Positions 22,513-34,400 of a stretch of DNA of 41,996 nt are shown in pieces. This stretch comes from Asterionella formosa (Eukaryota). Each line of letters begins with the position of its first letter. Positions within the stretch are counted from its first letter, which is position 1. Made by a program: the position numbers and the translations under genes. Under the pieces are notes generated by a model that was not told the DNA's origin, searched no databases, and saw nothing but the letters and a program-made list of their open reading frames with translations. Where the stretch lies: positions 1-41,996 of the forward strand of contig NKIB01014621.1 of the NCBI GenBank assembly GCA_002256025.1. The letters are read 5' to 3'.

Positions 22513-23869
22513 AATCCAATTCTGAAGGTTGTTGTACTGGTTGCCTTGCTGTTGTTCCCCTGCTTGCTTTGTTCCATTTACTCCTGAGGGTTCTGAGTTT
22601 GCATTCACGCACTATTGAATCCGTTTCGTTGTTCCAATCAGCCATACAAACAAAGAGAAGCAATTCATTGTTAGCTGTTCATGTTTTGCTTACACAACAA
22701 CATGCATTTCGCTTCTATCTTCACTTACCACAAATTGAGGAAGTGACTGATGCATTTTTCTGTAGAAGAATGTGTCAGTCGAAGATTGAATGAGAAGCAA
22801 AGTATCGATCAATAATTGGGCTCCAACACTGCTGTCTGTAACTTACAATTACTGTTTGTCTACTTCCATTATCCTGAAAGAAGCAACACATATGTGTCAG
22901 TTTTTCCAACAGTTGTGGATTGATCCAAAGATGGCTGATAGCACAAACCGATTTCTTTGCAATTGATCATCTTGGCATTTGCTCTTGACAAGAAACCGTG
23001 ATGCTATGCACAGCTTGTTGATTCCTCCCTTCTCCATCATATTCACTCATTCTTATTGTGCTGTATTGTCACTTCAGTTTTTCTCATCATGTGTTGCTTG
23101 AGATCCTTCATTTCAGGAAGTAGATGCATGACAAGGAACATGAAAGGCATTTGCTCTTGACTTCTTTCCATCAATTGATTCCGCCCTTCTGTTCTAACAA
23201 GCCGCAAGTATCATTGTGCTGTATTATCACTTTCTTTTTCCGCATCATCATGTGTGATAATCCTTCATTTCAGGAGCAAAGTGTATGCATGTGCAGTGAA
23301 CCTTTGTTCATAATCATTCCATTAAGAGTTTACAGGAGAGAAGAAAACATTCGAACTCTCCTGATTGAGCAAAATGTGCCTTTTTGGTCAGTACAAGTGT
23401 GATACATACGTGGCTGCAACTATAATTTAGAATTGCACCACCCAACATCACTCTAACGTATGACATGTGCCATTTCTGTGAGTACAAGTACGATGGGTAC
23501 ATAATAATTATCGTAATAACTACTATATTTTTTGCGTGCACATTCATTCATTTATTGCTCATTTGCACATTCTTGGTTACATCCTCTTCCCTTCCTGCTC
23601 ACCATCATGATGCCAGATGTCCCTCTTCATCCTCAGCATGGCATTCCTTTACAGGGATTCAATGAGCAAATGATGATGGACAAGGGTACATGCTGGGCAT
23701 GCATTTCTGACAGTTTGGCCTCTTCTTGCTGGTGTCTTGAACACAAACCAGGATGGCTTACAGCATATGCCCAGAACAAAGGGTGATTCTTCCCGAGATG
23801 GAGGCATCAGGCATAGCTAGGTACAAGGGAAGAAAAAAATCGAGTTAGAAACGGGTTTAGTTGAATTGA

Positions 23870-25080
23870 TTCAGCATGCTGCAGAGGAAGCCATCATGAT
23901 GCTCTCTACAATCACTCCAACAAGCAAGGTATATGGTATATCTCCAGAGCCTTTGCCATTCTTGGACAAAAGATTGGCTGTCGAAGAGATGCTATGGGAA
24001 TAAGTGATCGGATCTATTCAACTTATTCAGGCTACATAATGACACAGTCTTCACAGTTGATTTTGAGCAGGAACTTAGCAACCTTTTGCATGGTTTTTAT
24101 CAGATTATTGCAGTAGAGAATCATCATGGGTTATGATAGATTTGTGAGGGTAAGGACCCCACGAACAATCAACGTATCACCTCCTTTGTACTTGGTTCAT
24201 TGAGTCAAAAGTTAATTTAATTTTATAGTATGTTAAAGCTATCCAATAATTGCACTTGTTGTGCCCGCTTAAATGGTAACAATTAGTACCAGTTTTATTT
24301 ATCTGTATGGTACAAGAGTACCTGTCTCTTCGTCAGCCTCACCCCCAGAACCCTAGGGATTACATAAAAGAAAAACAGGTGGAGAATGCAGGAATCAAAC
24401 CCGCTACCTCATGCGGTGTGCTAACCAATTAAGCCATTCCCCTACTTGGTTCATTGAGATAGGAACTGGTGATGGCATTTGGGGTAACCTATTCATGGCC
24501 TTTACTTGGAGTTTGATTTGCAGGGTCAATAACACAAGCCAAATCTGCTTGTCACATATGGAGTGGACTGATGATGCTCTGCGTAAATACTTTGCAAACA
24601 CTAAGACAGATCAGAAAGGGGCTCAATCAAAATATTCCAGACATATTTATGCAAATCAAATTGAGTGGGTAGTGAATCCTATATTTTATCTTGGTGTATA
24701 CTAGGGAAGATTTATTAATGTTGCTAAAGGAAATAGTTGCTTATTCCCTGGTCACAATTAATTTAAGAGATTTTCATCTATTTGAAAGCAGAAGCCAAGA
24801 AAGGACAGCTATTTGAAAAAGGTATTGAATCAAACAACATCAGCATGCACAGTATAAGGAACAGGGCTGCTACTTATATTAGTGCCTGCCCAGGGGGAAC
24901 TTCATTAGGTTCTATCAGTGTAAATGGTGGGTGGTCAATGGCTGGGCAGAGTCAAGGACATTGATGTCCAGTGGTATGAGCATTTGTGGGGAGTCCTTAT
25001 GCGGCCTACCCATGTTACTTCCATGATTCTCTTCCTCTCCCCCTATGTTTTCAAAATCTGAAACTTATGGTAATAAAACC
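23870..25080 (+). pseudogene. Crypton-like tyrosine recombinase remnant, interrupted by a SINE-like insertion
   Basis: SDLFNLFR...ELSNLLHGF...GKDP. After removing the insertion: YHLLCTWFIEIG...FTWSLICRVNNT...WTDDAL...KTDQKG...RHIYAN...LFPG...MHSIRNRAATY...GGWS, carrying the R, K, HxxR and W catalytic-type motifs of tyrosine recombinases. Stops and frameshifts present; boundaries approximate. Confidence 0.8.
24205..24442 (-). mobile_element. tRNA(Ala)-derived SINE-like retroposon, 238 bp, 16-bp TSD
   Basis: TSD tacttggttcattgag at 24189-24204 and 24443-24458. Minus-strand head ggggaatggcttaattggttagc...gaggtagcgggtttgattcctgcattctcca has A and B boxes and tRNA-Ala-like acceptor and T arms, with a shortened anticodon arm. 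AT-rich 3' end. Confidence 0.85.
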
Positions 25081-25919
25081 AAAGCTGCAGCGTTTCCAAC
25101 AATGATGCTCCTATGTATGTACCAGTTGATGTACTACCCAGTATATCACACTATTTGCACAGGGCGGTATTTGTTGTAGTCACGTGATCATTTTAGTATT
25201 CTATCGCCTATTACATGCTAGAGTGACAGTAACAGCCAAAGCAAAAGCATCATTTGCACAGCTGTCTGTTGTAGTCACGTGATCATTTTCGCATTCTATC
25301 GCCTAGTACTTCGTGGTGAGTTGCCCCTGGTATACACCTGGTACCAGGTTACAGGTAATGTGGTACCATATCACCATGCCAGTAAAAATGACCAAGATTA
25401 GCTACCGGTAACATGTAAAACTCTGAGGGAACTCGTCGTTGGACGTGAGCGTCTGACAGCAGTTTTGATGTAGATTCAGCCATACCGGAACATGCATTAG
25501 AGCATCGCCACCGCATCGACCAAATACCAAGCCCATTGAAGTTGCGGGTCATTACACGTCATGATGCGTTGTGTTGGTCGAAAAAGCAAAAATATTTTAG
25601 CCACCGCATCGACCAAGACCAAATATGCTTTGGTCTTGATCGAGGATGACCCCCTTATCGACCAAATATCAGGTATTTGGTTGATTAGACTCCGACCGTA
25701 GCCAAATAAAAGGAGCATTTCTATTGGTTTAGATTGTGGCTTGCGCCGGCAACCTAATGTTTATAGTTCAATGAGTGCACACATAATTACAGCACATTCA
25801 CTATTGTCTCTTCATGTAGAACTCTATAGGCAATGTGATCTTGGTGTGGTGTATACATCATATTGAGTCAACATCTTAAAACAACAATCATCATTGTCAG
25901 GATTGGTTCTTCCGGTGTC

Positions 25920-26405
25920 ATGTGGGAGAAGGAAGAGGACGAAGCACTCTCTCGGGCCTGGGTAGCTGCAAGTGAAGACGCAATCACTGGGACTGGTTAG
26001 AAAGCAAGCAAGTTTTGGAGCAGGGTATTTGAGATTTATGTTGAGCTTATTCCAGATGGGAAGGATCGCACCTCAACAGCATGCACTGCTCGATGGGGAA
26101 CAATCAATCAAGATGTGACAAAGTTTTGCGGCCTCTATTCACAGGTTACGTCCATTGCTAAGTCAGGATGGACAGACGACAAATACCTTGAAGAAACCAG
26201 GGAACTATTTAAATAAGAGGGAAAAGGAGGGAAAATGGGTAGAGAATTCATGTTCGAAGGGTGTTGGCGAATTTTGAAGGATGCCCCAAAGTGGAAGGGT
26301 GGGTGTGGATATGTCCGAGATCACCAGCAAATTGCAAAGAAGAGTCCTGAGTTACGACTAGATGTGCGTCCCATGGGGACGAAAGCAGCAAAAATAAAAA
26401 TCTAG
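25920..26405 (+). pseudogene. PIF/Harbinger Myb/SANT-like (NAM-associated type) ORF
   Basis: WEKEEDEALSRAWVAASEDAITGTG*KASKFW...RWGTINQDVTKF...SGWTDDKY...FEGCWRILKDAPKW...RPMGTKAAK, with two in-frame stops. Confidence 0.85.
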
Positions 26406-26422
26406 AATCAAGTAATTATCTA

Positions 26423-27245
26423 CTATTTGTTCTCGTTTTGAATCCATAAGTGCTCAATCAAATTGTTACACAATTGAAAGTGCTCACCTTCACTCATGTA
26501 GTTCATTCTAATATTCTTGAAATCAAGAAATGTGTGTACATTGTCATGATTCACGTTGTCAACCAAAAATCCATCCTGAATATTGTCAAATAGATATTTT
26601 TTTTAACTTTCAGTTTCCCATTCATCCTCTATGACCATGTTGTGCAAAATGATGCATGCAATAATTTCACTGTTCATAGCACCCACTGACCAAAGTTTAC
26701 ATGGAAGTGCAAGGATCCTCTACCTGGCCTGTAGAACTCCATATGCTCGCTCGACATCCTTGCGCTGTGCCTCCTGACGCATCGAGAAATAACTCCGTTT
26801 TGGAACTTGTGGCTCTGAAATTATCTTGAAATATATATGCCAATTTGGGTAGATTCCGTCAACCAAATAATACCCCAGATTGTGTTGTTGGTTGTTGATG
26901 GCAAACTGTACTTTTGGAGTCCTTCCAGCTGACAAATCATGGAAAAACGGTGAACAATCCAAAATATTAAGATCATTGTTTGCCCCAGGTATTTTCAAAC
27001 CATGCATGCCAGAACCAAATTCTACAATCAACCGCAGCTTCCAAAGCAATTGTCGCCACTCCTTCTTTTCCTTGATATGCTCCTCTGTGTGCTTTGGGAC
27101 AGTTTTTCCACTCCCAATGCATGACATCCAATGAACCAAGAAGCCCCGGCCAACCCTTTCCTTCATGCAAACGTAGAATCATCTCAAGGTCCTCTTTGGT
27201 CGGAGCTCTAAGATAATCTTTCCCATACCTGTTGATTATTGCGAA
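26423..27245 (-). pseudogene. PIF/Harbinger DDE transposase (Plant_tran type), 5'-truncated
   Basis: GWPGLLGSLDVMHWEWKNCP, PGANNDLNILD, YYLVDGIYP, RKDVERAYGVLQAR*, CIILHNMVIEDE, LIEHLW. Frameshifts and a stop. Confidence 0.93.
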
Positions 27246-27246
27246 A

Positions 27247-28880
27247 CTCTATTGTTTTAGCCTTTGTACCTGGTAGCTTCTAGTTCTGACAGTGTAGTGG
27301 TCTAGGCCATTCATAGTGGTCTTATCCAGTTTTTTACCATGGTACCACCAGGATTGTTTGTAGTAAAAGATGTAAGATTACACCGTTATGGTGGTCTAAG
27401 CAGTTCATAGTGGTCCTGAGCAGTTCTTGCCTTTGTTCCAGGTACTGGTACCATACCAGTTAGACCAGATAGCATCACATCGAAGATACTTGAGTAACAT
27501 TACATATGAGTAAATATTATGCCAGTGCCATCCCTTCTATAAATGCCACCACGTACATATTCATACTTCTTTCTGTCTTGTCAAGTATGCACAAGCGATG
27601 TTATGGCCATGGTGGTGTCATCGCTCGAGTCTGAGCGATGACAAGACAATTATATTTATGTAAATCTACTGACCATCCGAAAATACTGTGACCAATAAAA
27701 AAATAATCAAGATTGGCATGTAAACCTTTGAGGGATCTCTTCATTGGAGGTGAGCGTCTGACAGCAGTCTTGATATCGATTCAGCAATATGCATTGCAAT
27801 TACAGTACAGTTATGCACCCGTATTCTACATGTAAAGCAAATGCCCGATATGGGTAAGAAATACTGGAGAAGCAATCTAGCAGATGTTGAATGTGATGAG
27901 GCAAGACTCAATAAATAGCCATAAAAGATTGAGAATGAGCGAGTAATATAAATCTCTCAATTCCTCCACTGTTGAAACTAATAATTAGTTTACTAAAAGA
28001 GGAAAATGCATCAGCATGAAGAATGTAAGTACTAATTCACGAGCTTCAACGAAGCATGTGCAAGCCGACATGCTGCAAAATCGGCAAATAACATCATCAC
28101 CAGGACCAAATTAGGAAGCGGAGAAAGATTCAATATTCAACTCATCATCAGTTTCAATAATTGGTTTGGTTTCATTTCAAGGATGTAAGATTTATTAGCT
28201 CAAACTAACTCTCATTGTTCCTCCCCATCAGTTTATGCCCCTCTTGTTGACACTTCTCTGGTTGAGGAGCGCCTTTTGCGCTCCCAGCTCTCGAGAACTA
28301 GACAAGCGCATTGTTGGAGGCTATCCAGCCGCCAAAGGCAGGTACCCGTACTTCACCTCAGTTCGATTTTACATATCCAGCGGAGCTGGTTATGCATCAT
28401 GTGGTGGTAAATTGATCGCTAAAGATATTATCCTCTGTGCTGCTCATTGCTATGATTCGGCAAACTTTCGCAAGCAGCTTTGTCAGGAGGGTGGGCATCA
28501 AAGATACAACAGTCACTGCTGGCTACAATCAGGCCAACATGGGAAAGGTCATTCCTCAGCCAAAATACAATAGTGCTACTAACAAGAACGATGTCCTTGT
28601 CATCAAGCTCAAGACAGCCATTACTCAAGTCGCCTCGTCTGTTGCTTTGAATACCAACAGCGCTGTGCCTGCAGTGGGTGTTGCCGAGATTGTGTTTGGA
28701 TTTGGTACAACATCATTTGGAGGGACGAGCTCGAAGGTATTGCTCAAAGTAGGTCAGAATGCTGTGGGCTATACAACTTGCAACAATTATAATGGTAACA
28801 TTTTCGATGCAGGAATGATCTGTTCCTACAGTGCCGGAAAAGATTCATGTCAAGGAGACTCTGGTGGTCCACTCATTCTA
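27247..28880 (+). repeat. Segmental duplicate (upstream region plus trypsin gene) of about 33736-35609
   Basis: Colinear from ctctattg...gcctttgta to ccactcattcta. A third short homolog lies at about 25383-25499. Confidence 0.92.
28235..28880 (+). pseudogene. Trypsin-like serine protease (S1), frameshifted and 3'-truncated
   Basis: Signal peptide MPLLLTLLWL, R-IVGG, CAAHC, frameshift near 28470, NDVL, KDSCQGDSGGPLIL, then unrelated sequence. Confidence 0.9.
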
Positions 28881-29281
28881 CTTGAATTTCTGCGGATTGC
28901 AAACATGCAACGGTCTGATATGGAACAGAAATGACGACAATTTGCTCGTCCTTGGAAAGGCCAGCACGCCGCTCATGAGACTTGCGAGTGTAAAGAAACA
29001 TGCCAATGAGGTGCACGATCGAGGGAAATGACGCTGTCTTCGACGTAAATTGCTGATTCCCTCTTTCAGATTGAGCTTCCAAATGGAACTGAGAAACCAG
29101 CTCATTTCGCAACGCAGCTGGCAAGGCTGCTGGTAGTTGCCATGACAACCATTGTTGCTTCCATGGCTGCACACAATGTTGATAATGTGCCAGTAAGGTT
29201 GATGATAGCGTTGGCGGAGTCGTCATGTTACAAATTATTATCATAAAACAAAAATATTAAAAGTAAGAATTATTATATTAA

Positions 29282-30513
29282 GGTTGCTGCATTTGAACCC
29301 CTAGGCAAAAATTAAAATATTGCTTAGGGTTGCGAAAATTCCCTGGAATTAAGAATTTAATTAGCTATTTTTGAATGACGTGATTCCATTTGAAATATTT
29401 GAATCAGTGGAAATTTGCGAATCCGTACATAGATTCCTTGTCAAAATCGCTAAATATAGATATTGACACTCTTAGTCGCTGAATGTATATATATGCTAAA
29501 AATACGATCAACATGTATGCATGGACACTCTATACTCCGATTAACGATTTTATATGCTATGCATTGAATCCGTTCGACATATTCAAATCGTTTAATATAC
29601 ACATGTATAAATATATATATATTTAGGTTCTACATCGCTTCATGTGCATACACCAGTACTACAATGTATACTGCTATCGACGAATATGGGTCATGTATAC
29701 GACCCGGCGGCTCGGCAAATATTTGAAAGTGCACCCAAGGAGCGGTACGCGTACCGGTATGTCCAATGATGATCATCTACTGGTACCCGTCGTGAATTTA
29801 GCACCGGACTGTCAGTACACCCAAGAAAATGTTACATGTTAATCCAATGTGGCCAGCGTGGGTTTGCACGACCTCGCAAACTAGGCCAATCAAACAGAGG
29901 AATGTACTTCATGCTCACCAATCATATTATGTAAGTGGAAGCGGGTACTTACAATGGAATTTTTTGGACAGGAGATTTTAGGACTAAAAATTCCGGCACA
30001 CGACTGCCATTCCAATGATGACGTTTCGGTACTTAATAATTCTGATTCCGATATTTTGGCGACCGTAGAAAAGGCCGATTTTGTCGAGTTTTTGGACGAC
30101 GATAGCTAAACGTTGGCTGGGTCTGACGGCGATTTAGATACATAGGTAACTTTCAAATAGCACCAGTATATAACTTCTGGCGAGAAACTGCAGAAAGGAA
30201 CTTCGGTTTTTTTACTATGCCAAATAAACAGATTTCCCCCGAAATTTCGAGTCTTTTTAGCATAGCTAAAAAACCGAAGTTCCTTTCTGCAGTTTCTGAC
30301 CAGATCCTATATACTGACGATATATTGAGTGAACCTACACCCCTACTTTGTCCGAAGACTGTATTTAAGCATATGGAAAGGGTGTCTATTGGTGAAAGCT
30401 CCGTTGAGCGTTATACATTTTTAATTTATACTTGTAAAGTACGTGTTTGATTAGTCTGACTGAATATTATTTTTTAAACCCTACCTCGAGCTAGGGGTTC
30501 AAATGCAGCAACC
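29282..30513. mobile_element. Non-autonomous Kolobok-type DNA transposon
   Basis: Perfect 23-bp TIR ggttgctgcatttgaacccctag (29282-29304 / 30491-30513), TTAA on both sides (29278-29281, 30514-30517), RR...YY termini. The left subterminal region matches the end of the transposase-bearing element at 33550-33685. Confidence 0.9.
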
Positions 30514-30649
30514 TTAATAATATCTGCGGTAATAATAATGACAATAATACTACAATAATACTACAATAGAAGTATCGAAGTATCGAATACTATATCATCA
30601 GAATATGTGATGGCGATTATATATTGTTTCCGCCATTCTGATTGGTGGA

Positions 30650-30890
30650 GACAATCTTCGTTTGCCCGAATGTAAATCTTCGGGAAACGAAGATTGTTCA
30701 AGAAAATACGAAGATTGGGTCAATATCGGGGATGACACTCGAAATATTCGGGCAAACGAAGATTAATCTTCGTAATCGGGGGGGATTTGCGAGTTATTTA
30801 GCCCGTAAGGGACGAAAATACGAAGATTAAACGCCCAACAGGTATCCGGGCGACTGAATCTTCGTAATTCGGGAGCCGTAAGACGGGGCC
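30650..30890. mobile_element. Probable DNA-transposon end with subterminal AATCTTCG motif array (possibly Harbinger-like)
   Basis: Eight copies of aatcttcg/cgaagatt, a 19-bp inverted repeat at 30653-30671 / 30746-30764, and the ending gacggggcc|tta. Partner terminus not seen. Confidence 0.5.
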
Positions 30891-30976
30891 TTAGTCGTAA
30901 AATTTCCTGTACCAAAAGTTCCATTGTAAGTGCGCGCAGTATTGAAGATGTTGTACTGATTGGCTATTATTGCGAG

Positions 30977-33400
30977 TTACTTCCCAGGTACCTCTGTTCG
31001 ATTGGCCCGGTTTGCCAGATCTTGTAAACCCACACTGGATACACATGTGACATTTTTGTGTGTGTTTGCCGGTACTGTATCTGGTAACATCTTAGTGCCA
31101 GTACTACTACGATGCACTTTGTCTTCAAGGAAAGGGCAGAGTGTATTGCTTTTTCGCTGATGATCATTCCGGCCGCAATGCTTGCATTGCGCATTTGACT
31201 TCCGGATTGTAGTTGTGGCCTCCGGTTCTTCTGTTAGCGCAACACCAGCTCCGCAAGTCTTACCTGATTTCTTGTCTTGCCTCTCTTGCCACACAGTTTC
31301 AAATCGTGCCGCATGTATTTTTTCGTTTCGTTTTCTCTTCCGTTTGAATTGCGCCTAGTAGACTGCATCGTCATTCCGTCGCTTTTCCTTTGGCCTCCAG
31401 AAGGATTCTTGCAGTTGTGACATTACCATTACACATTGTTTGTAGACATCGCTCATGTATTTTGTGACTCCTTGTGTTTGTTGTCCACCAACCGAAGCCA
31501 CTCTATATTGTAGGCTACCACCAGATCCTGCAAACCCTTTGTTTTTTGGACATCGTCTTGAAACTGCATTGTTCATTGCTTCATTAATCTGTGTATCGAA
31601 GGGATGATACAATGATAAAAGCTTTTCGCCTTCGACTTTTGCTGCAACATTGAACATTAACCAATCATACAATGGTCTTTCTGTTTTCATAACGTGATTT
31701 TTTCCATTGCTAACATTTTTTCCTGCTTTCACAGGACACCATGTCTCAGAACAAAAGTCATGGCAGCCAAATAAGTGGTTGATTGGTGCCTTTGATGATT
31801 CCGTAAAATCAATCAATGATAGGTTCCGGTTTTTTTTTTAACTAATCCATGCTCCATAATATAATTTCAAGCGGAGACACTCTGCTTTTGATGGATGCTC
31901 AAGGGAGACTGGGCCATTGGATTTTAAAAAGGCAGGGAGGAGAAGTATGCGGACCTGTTGCAATGGATCAGAAAGGAATTGCGGTTCTGGGACATGTAGT
32001 AGAAGGCAACCTTTGTCGGGTTTTTTTCATTTAATGTTCTTGGCCATATAAATGCAGGCTGTAGGGTTAATAAATCCTAATAGGACCATTTCGACACAGC
32101 TCGAATTGTAGAATCATCATCACAGATGATTGTAGAGTAGATAACATTGTATTTAGTAATGGCATCAATCATCGTTTCCACACCCGCATCTGGTTGCATC
32201 TGGTTCCATTGCCTTCAAGCTTCCAGTTACAAGATTCTTGGAACAAACATGATGCTTGATAGGTTGTATAGCCCTGTTGCACACGTTACAGACCTTTGAT
32301 TTACTCGATAGTTTAGTTTCTTTCTTGTGTAGCTACCGATGCAGAATGCATGCCCACTTACAGAGTTGTACTTATTTCCACTTGATCACTGCTGCCAGCC
32401 CATATCGTAACTAACTGTCAGGCATGGCATATTCTACACAGCTGTACATTCAGTAACAGATAGTGACTTCCACCACTGGAATTTATGTCCTTTGTCTGCC
32501 CAATCGACTCGTTCATGCACATTGAGTGTCTGGTATACTTCTGCATCACATGCCTCGTGCTTTGCAAGAGCTGTTGTTTCCAGTTGGGCTTTCCCAACAA
32601 GCTCCTCAACAGCACAGAAGTTTTCTTGCGTTGACCAGTACCAAACTGGAATTGCCAGGTCCCAATCCCGCCTCGTGACAACCCAAAATAAACTGTTGAT
32701 TGATTGAAAAGTGTTTTGCTTCAATTTCCTTATTTGTTATCTCACCATTGCCTTTGGTGCTATCGCTTCTTGGAGATTCAAGATTAGCTATCACTTTCTG
32801 ACAGGTCAGACAGGTGATTTGTATTTTGCTTGCCAACCCCAAGTTCTCAGAGGACACAACAATCAATGGTTGCGGGATGCATGGGATTTCCATGGATAGA
32901 AACGCTTTTTCCAAAAAGGATTCAGATTTCTGATTTATGCTAATGTGATAGGCACTATCACTTTGAAGGTAAGTTACAAACAAGTCTTTTACTCCTTGTT
33001 GTTTACAACATTCTTTGACATATGCATTTACACAACTCTTGCAAATCACATTGTCATTCAACAATCTGGTGAATGAATTACAGTCGATAAAATAGTGGTT
33101 CCTATTCTGCTGTTCAGATGGTAGTTGTTTCTGTTGTTGTTTAGTCGCTTTAATTGTGTGGAGAGGGGGCAAGGATGTTGATGACAATGACCACCAATTG
33201 TGATTTTCATTGCTGATGACATTTCGACCTCCATGTCCACCAGTACCAAAATCGCAGTATTCACAGAAGATGTGATCCTTACATCCCTCCACAGCCGACT
33301 CTACAGTCAACCGGTCTTGACAGGAAGAAGGACAACTGTCATGGCTGTAGTTAAATTCGTCATTGCCGTTGTCATCATTGTGATGTGAAATTTCGCTCAT
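30977..33400 (-). pseudogene. Kolobok-type DDE transposase, decayed
   Basis: CKSC...CLTC; YDMGWQQ*SSGNKYNSVSGHAFCIG...KSKVCNVC; IICDDDSTIR; INHLFGCHDFCSETWC; TQINEAMN...RRCPK; C-terminal CKHC..H..C. Multiple frameshifts. Confidence 0.8.
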
Positions 33401-33885
33401 GGTGGATTGATATGTTTGTTTGTTTCTTTCCAGTAGCTATCAACAATATTTGCCATGATGCTGCCAGCTTCTATGCCACATATATGTTGATCGTATTACC
33501 GGTGTATGTTCTTAGTACTAAATATACATATAGTAATGCAGAATGTTTATATATATTTTTAGCAAATTCGAAAAGGAATCTATGTCCGTATGCGCAAATT
33601 TCCACTGATTTGAATATTTCAAATCGAATCATGTCATTCAAAAATAACTCATAAAAATTCTTAGTTCCAGGGAATTTCGGCAACCAGTCTACTTCGAAAT
33701 CTAGCTAGCAATATCACCATTTGGTAAAAAAGCACCTCTATTGTTAGCCTTTGTAGCTTCTAGTTCTGACAGTGTAGTGGTCTTTTCCAGTTTTTGTCTG
33801 GTACCTGGTACTACCAGGATTGGAACGTGTGTTTGCAGTAAAAGATGTAAGATTACCTTGTTATGGTGATCTAAGCAGTTCATAT

Positions 33886-34400
33886 TGGTCATGAGCAGTT
33901 TTTGCCTGGTACCGCACTGGTTACACCAGATAGCATCACATCGATGTTACTTGAGTAACAACATTACATACGACTAAAAATTATGCCAATGCCGTCCCTT
34001 CTATAAATGCCACCATCGGTGTCAACACGTACATATTCATACATCTTTCTGTCTTGTCGAGTGTGCACAAGCGATTTTATGGCATGGTACCTGGTACCCT
34101 GGTACCATCGCTCGAGTCCGAGCGATGACAAGACAATTATATTTTTGTAAATGGTCCTGAGCAGTTTTTGTCTGGTACCGCACTGTTTCCACCAGATAGC
34201 ATCACATCGATGTTACTTGAGTAACATTACATACGACTAAAAATTATGCCAATGCCGTCCCTTCTATAAATATCACCATTGGTAATAGCCTTTACAAATT
34301 CATACTTCTTTCTGTCTTGTCAAGTGTGCACAAGCGATTTTATGGCATGATACCATCGCTCGAGTCCGAGCGATGACAATACAATTAAATTTATGGAAAT
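33886..34400 (+). repeat. About 265-bp tandem duplication upstream of trypsin copy 2
   Basis: tggtc(a/c)tgagcagtttttg...gatgacaa..caatta twice (about 33886-34151 and 34152-34400); single copy in the 27.4-27.66 kb paralog. Confidence 0.9.

Larger units (their letters stand above)
25500..27245. mobile_element. PIF/Harbinger DNA transposon, one end deleted
   Basis: Begins tta|GAGCATCGCCA (PIF-type terminus after TTA), with subterminal gccaccgcatcgaccaa repeats and convergent Myb/SANT-like and transposase genes. Host homology to 27.7 kb and 34.5 kb stops exactly at the TTA. Confidence 0.88.

Noticed and set aside
22335..22793. Poly-Gly / poly-Pro ORFs
   Set aside because: Products of a G/C homopolymer spanning an N gap.
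24380..24442. Functional tRNA-Ala gene
   Set aside because: Anticodon arm is shortened, the B box is mutated, and it lies within a TSD-bounded insertion; treated as a SINE head.
25151..25310. Two ~55-bp similar segments containing tcacgtga
   Set aside because: A simple local duplication; no support for a regulatory or element-end role.
29278..30517. piggyBac assignment based on TTAA
   Set aside because: Termini are GG...CC rather than CC...GG, and the related transposase has Kolobok-type motifs.
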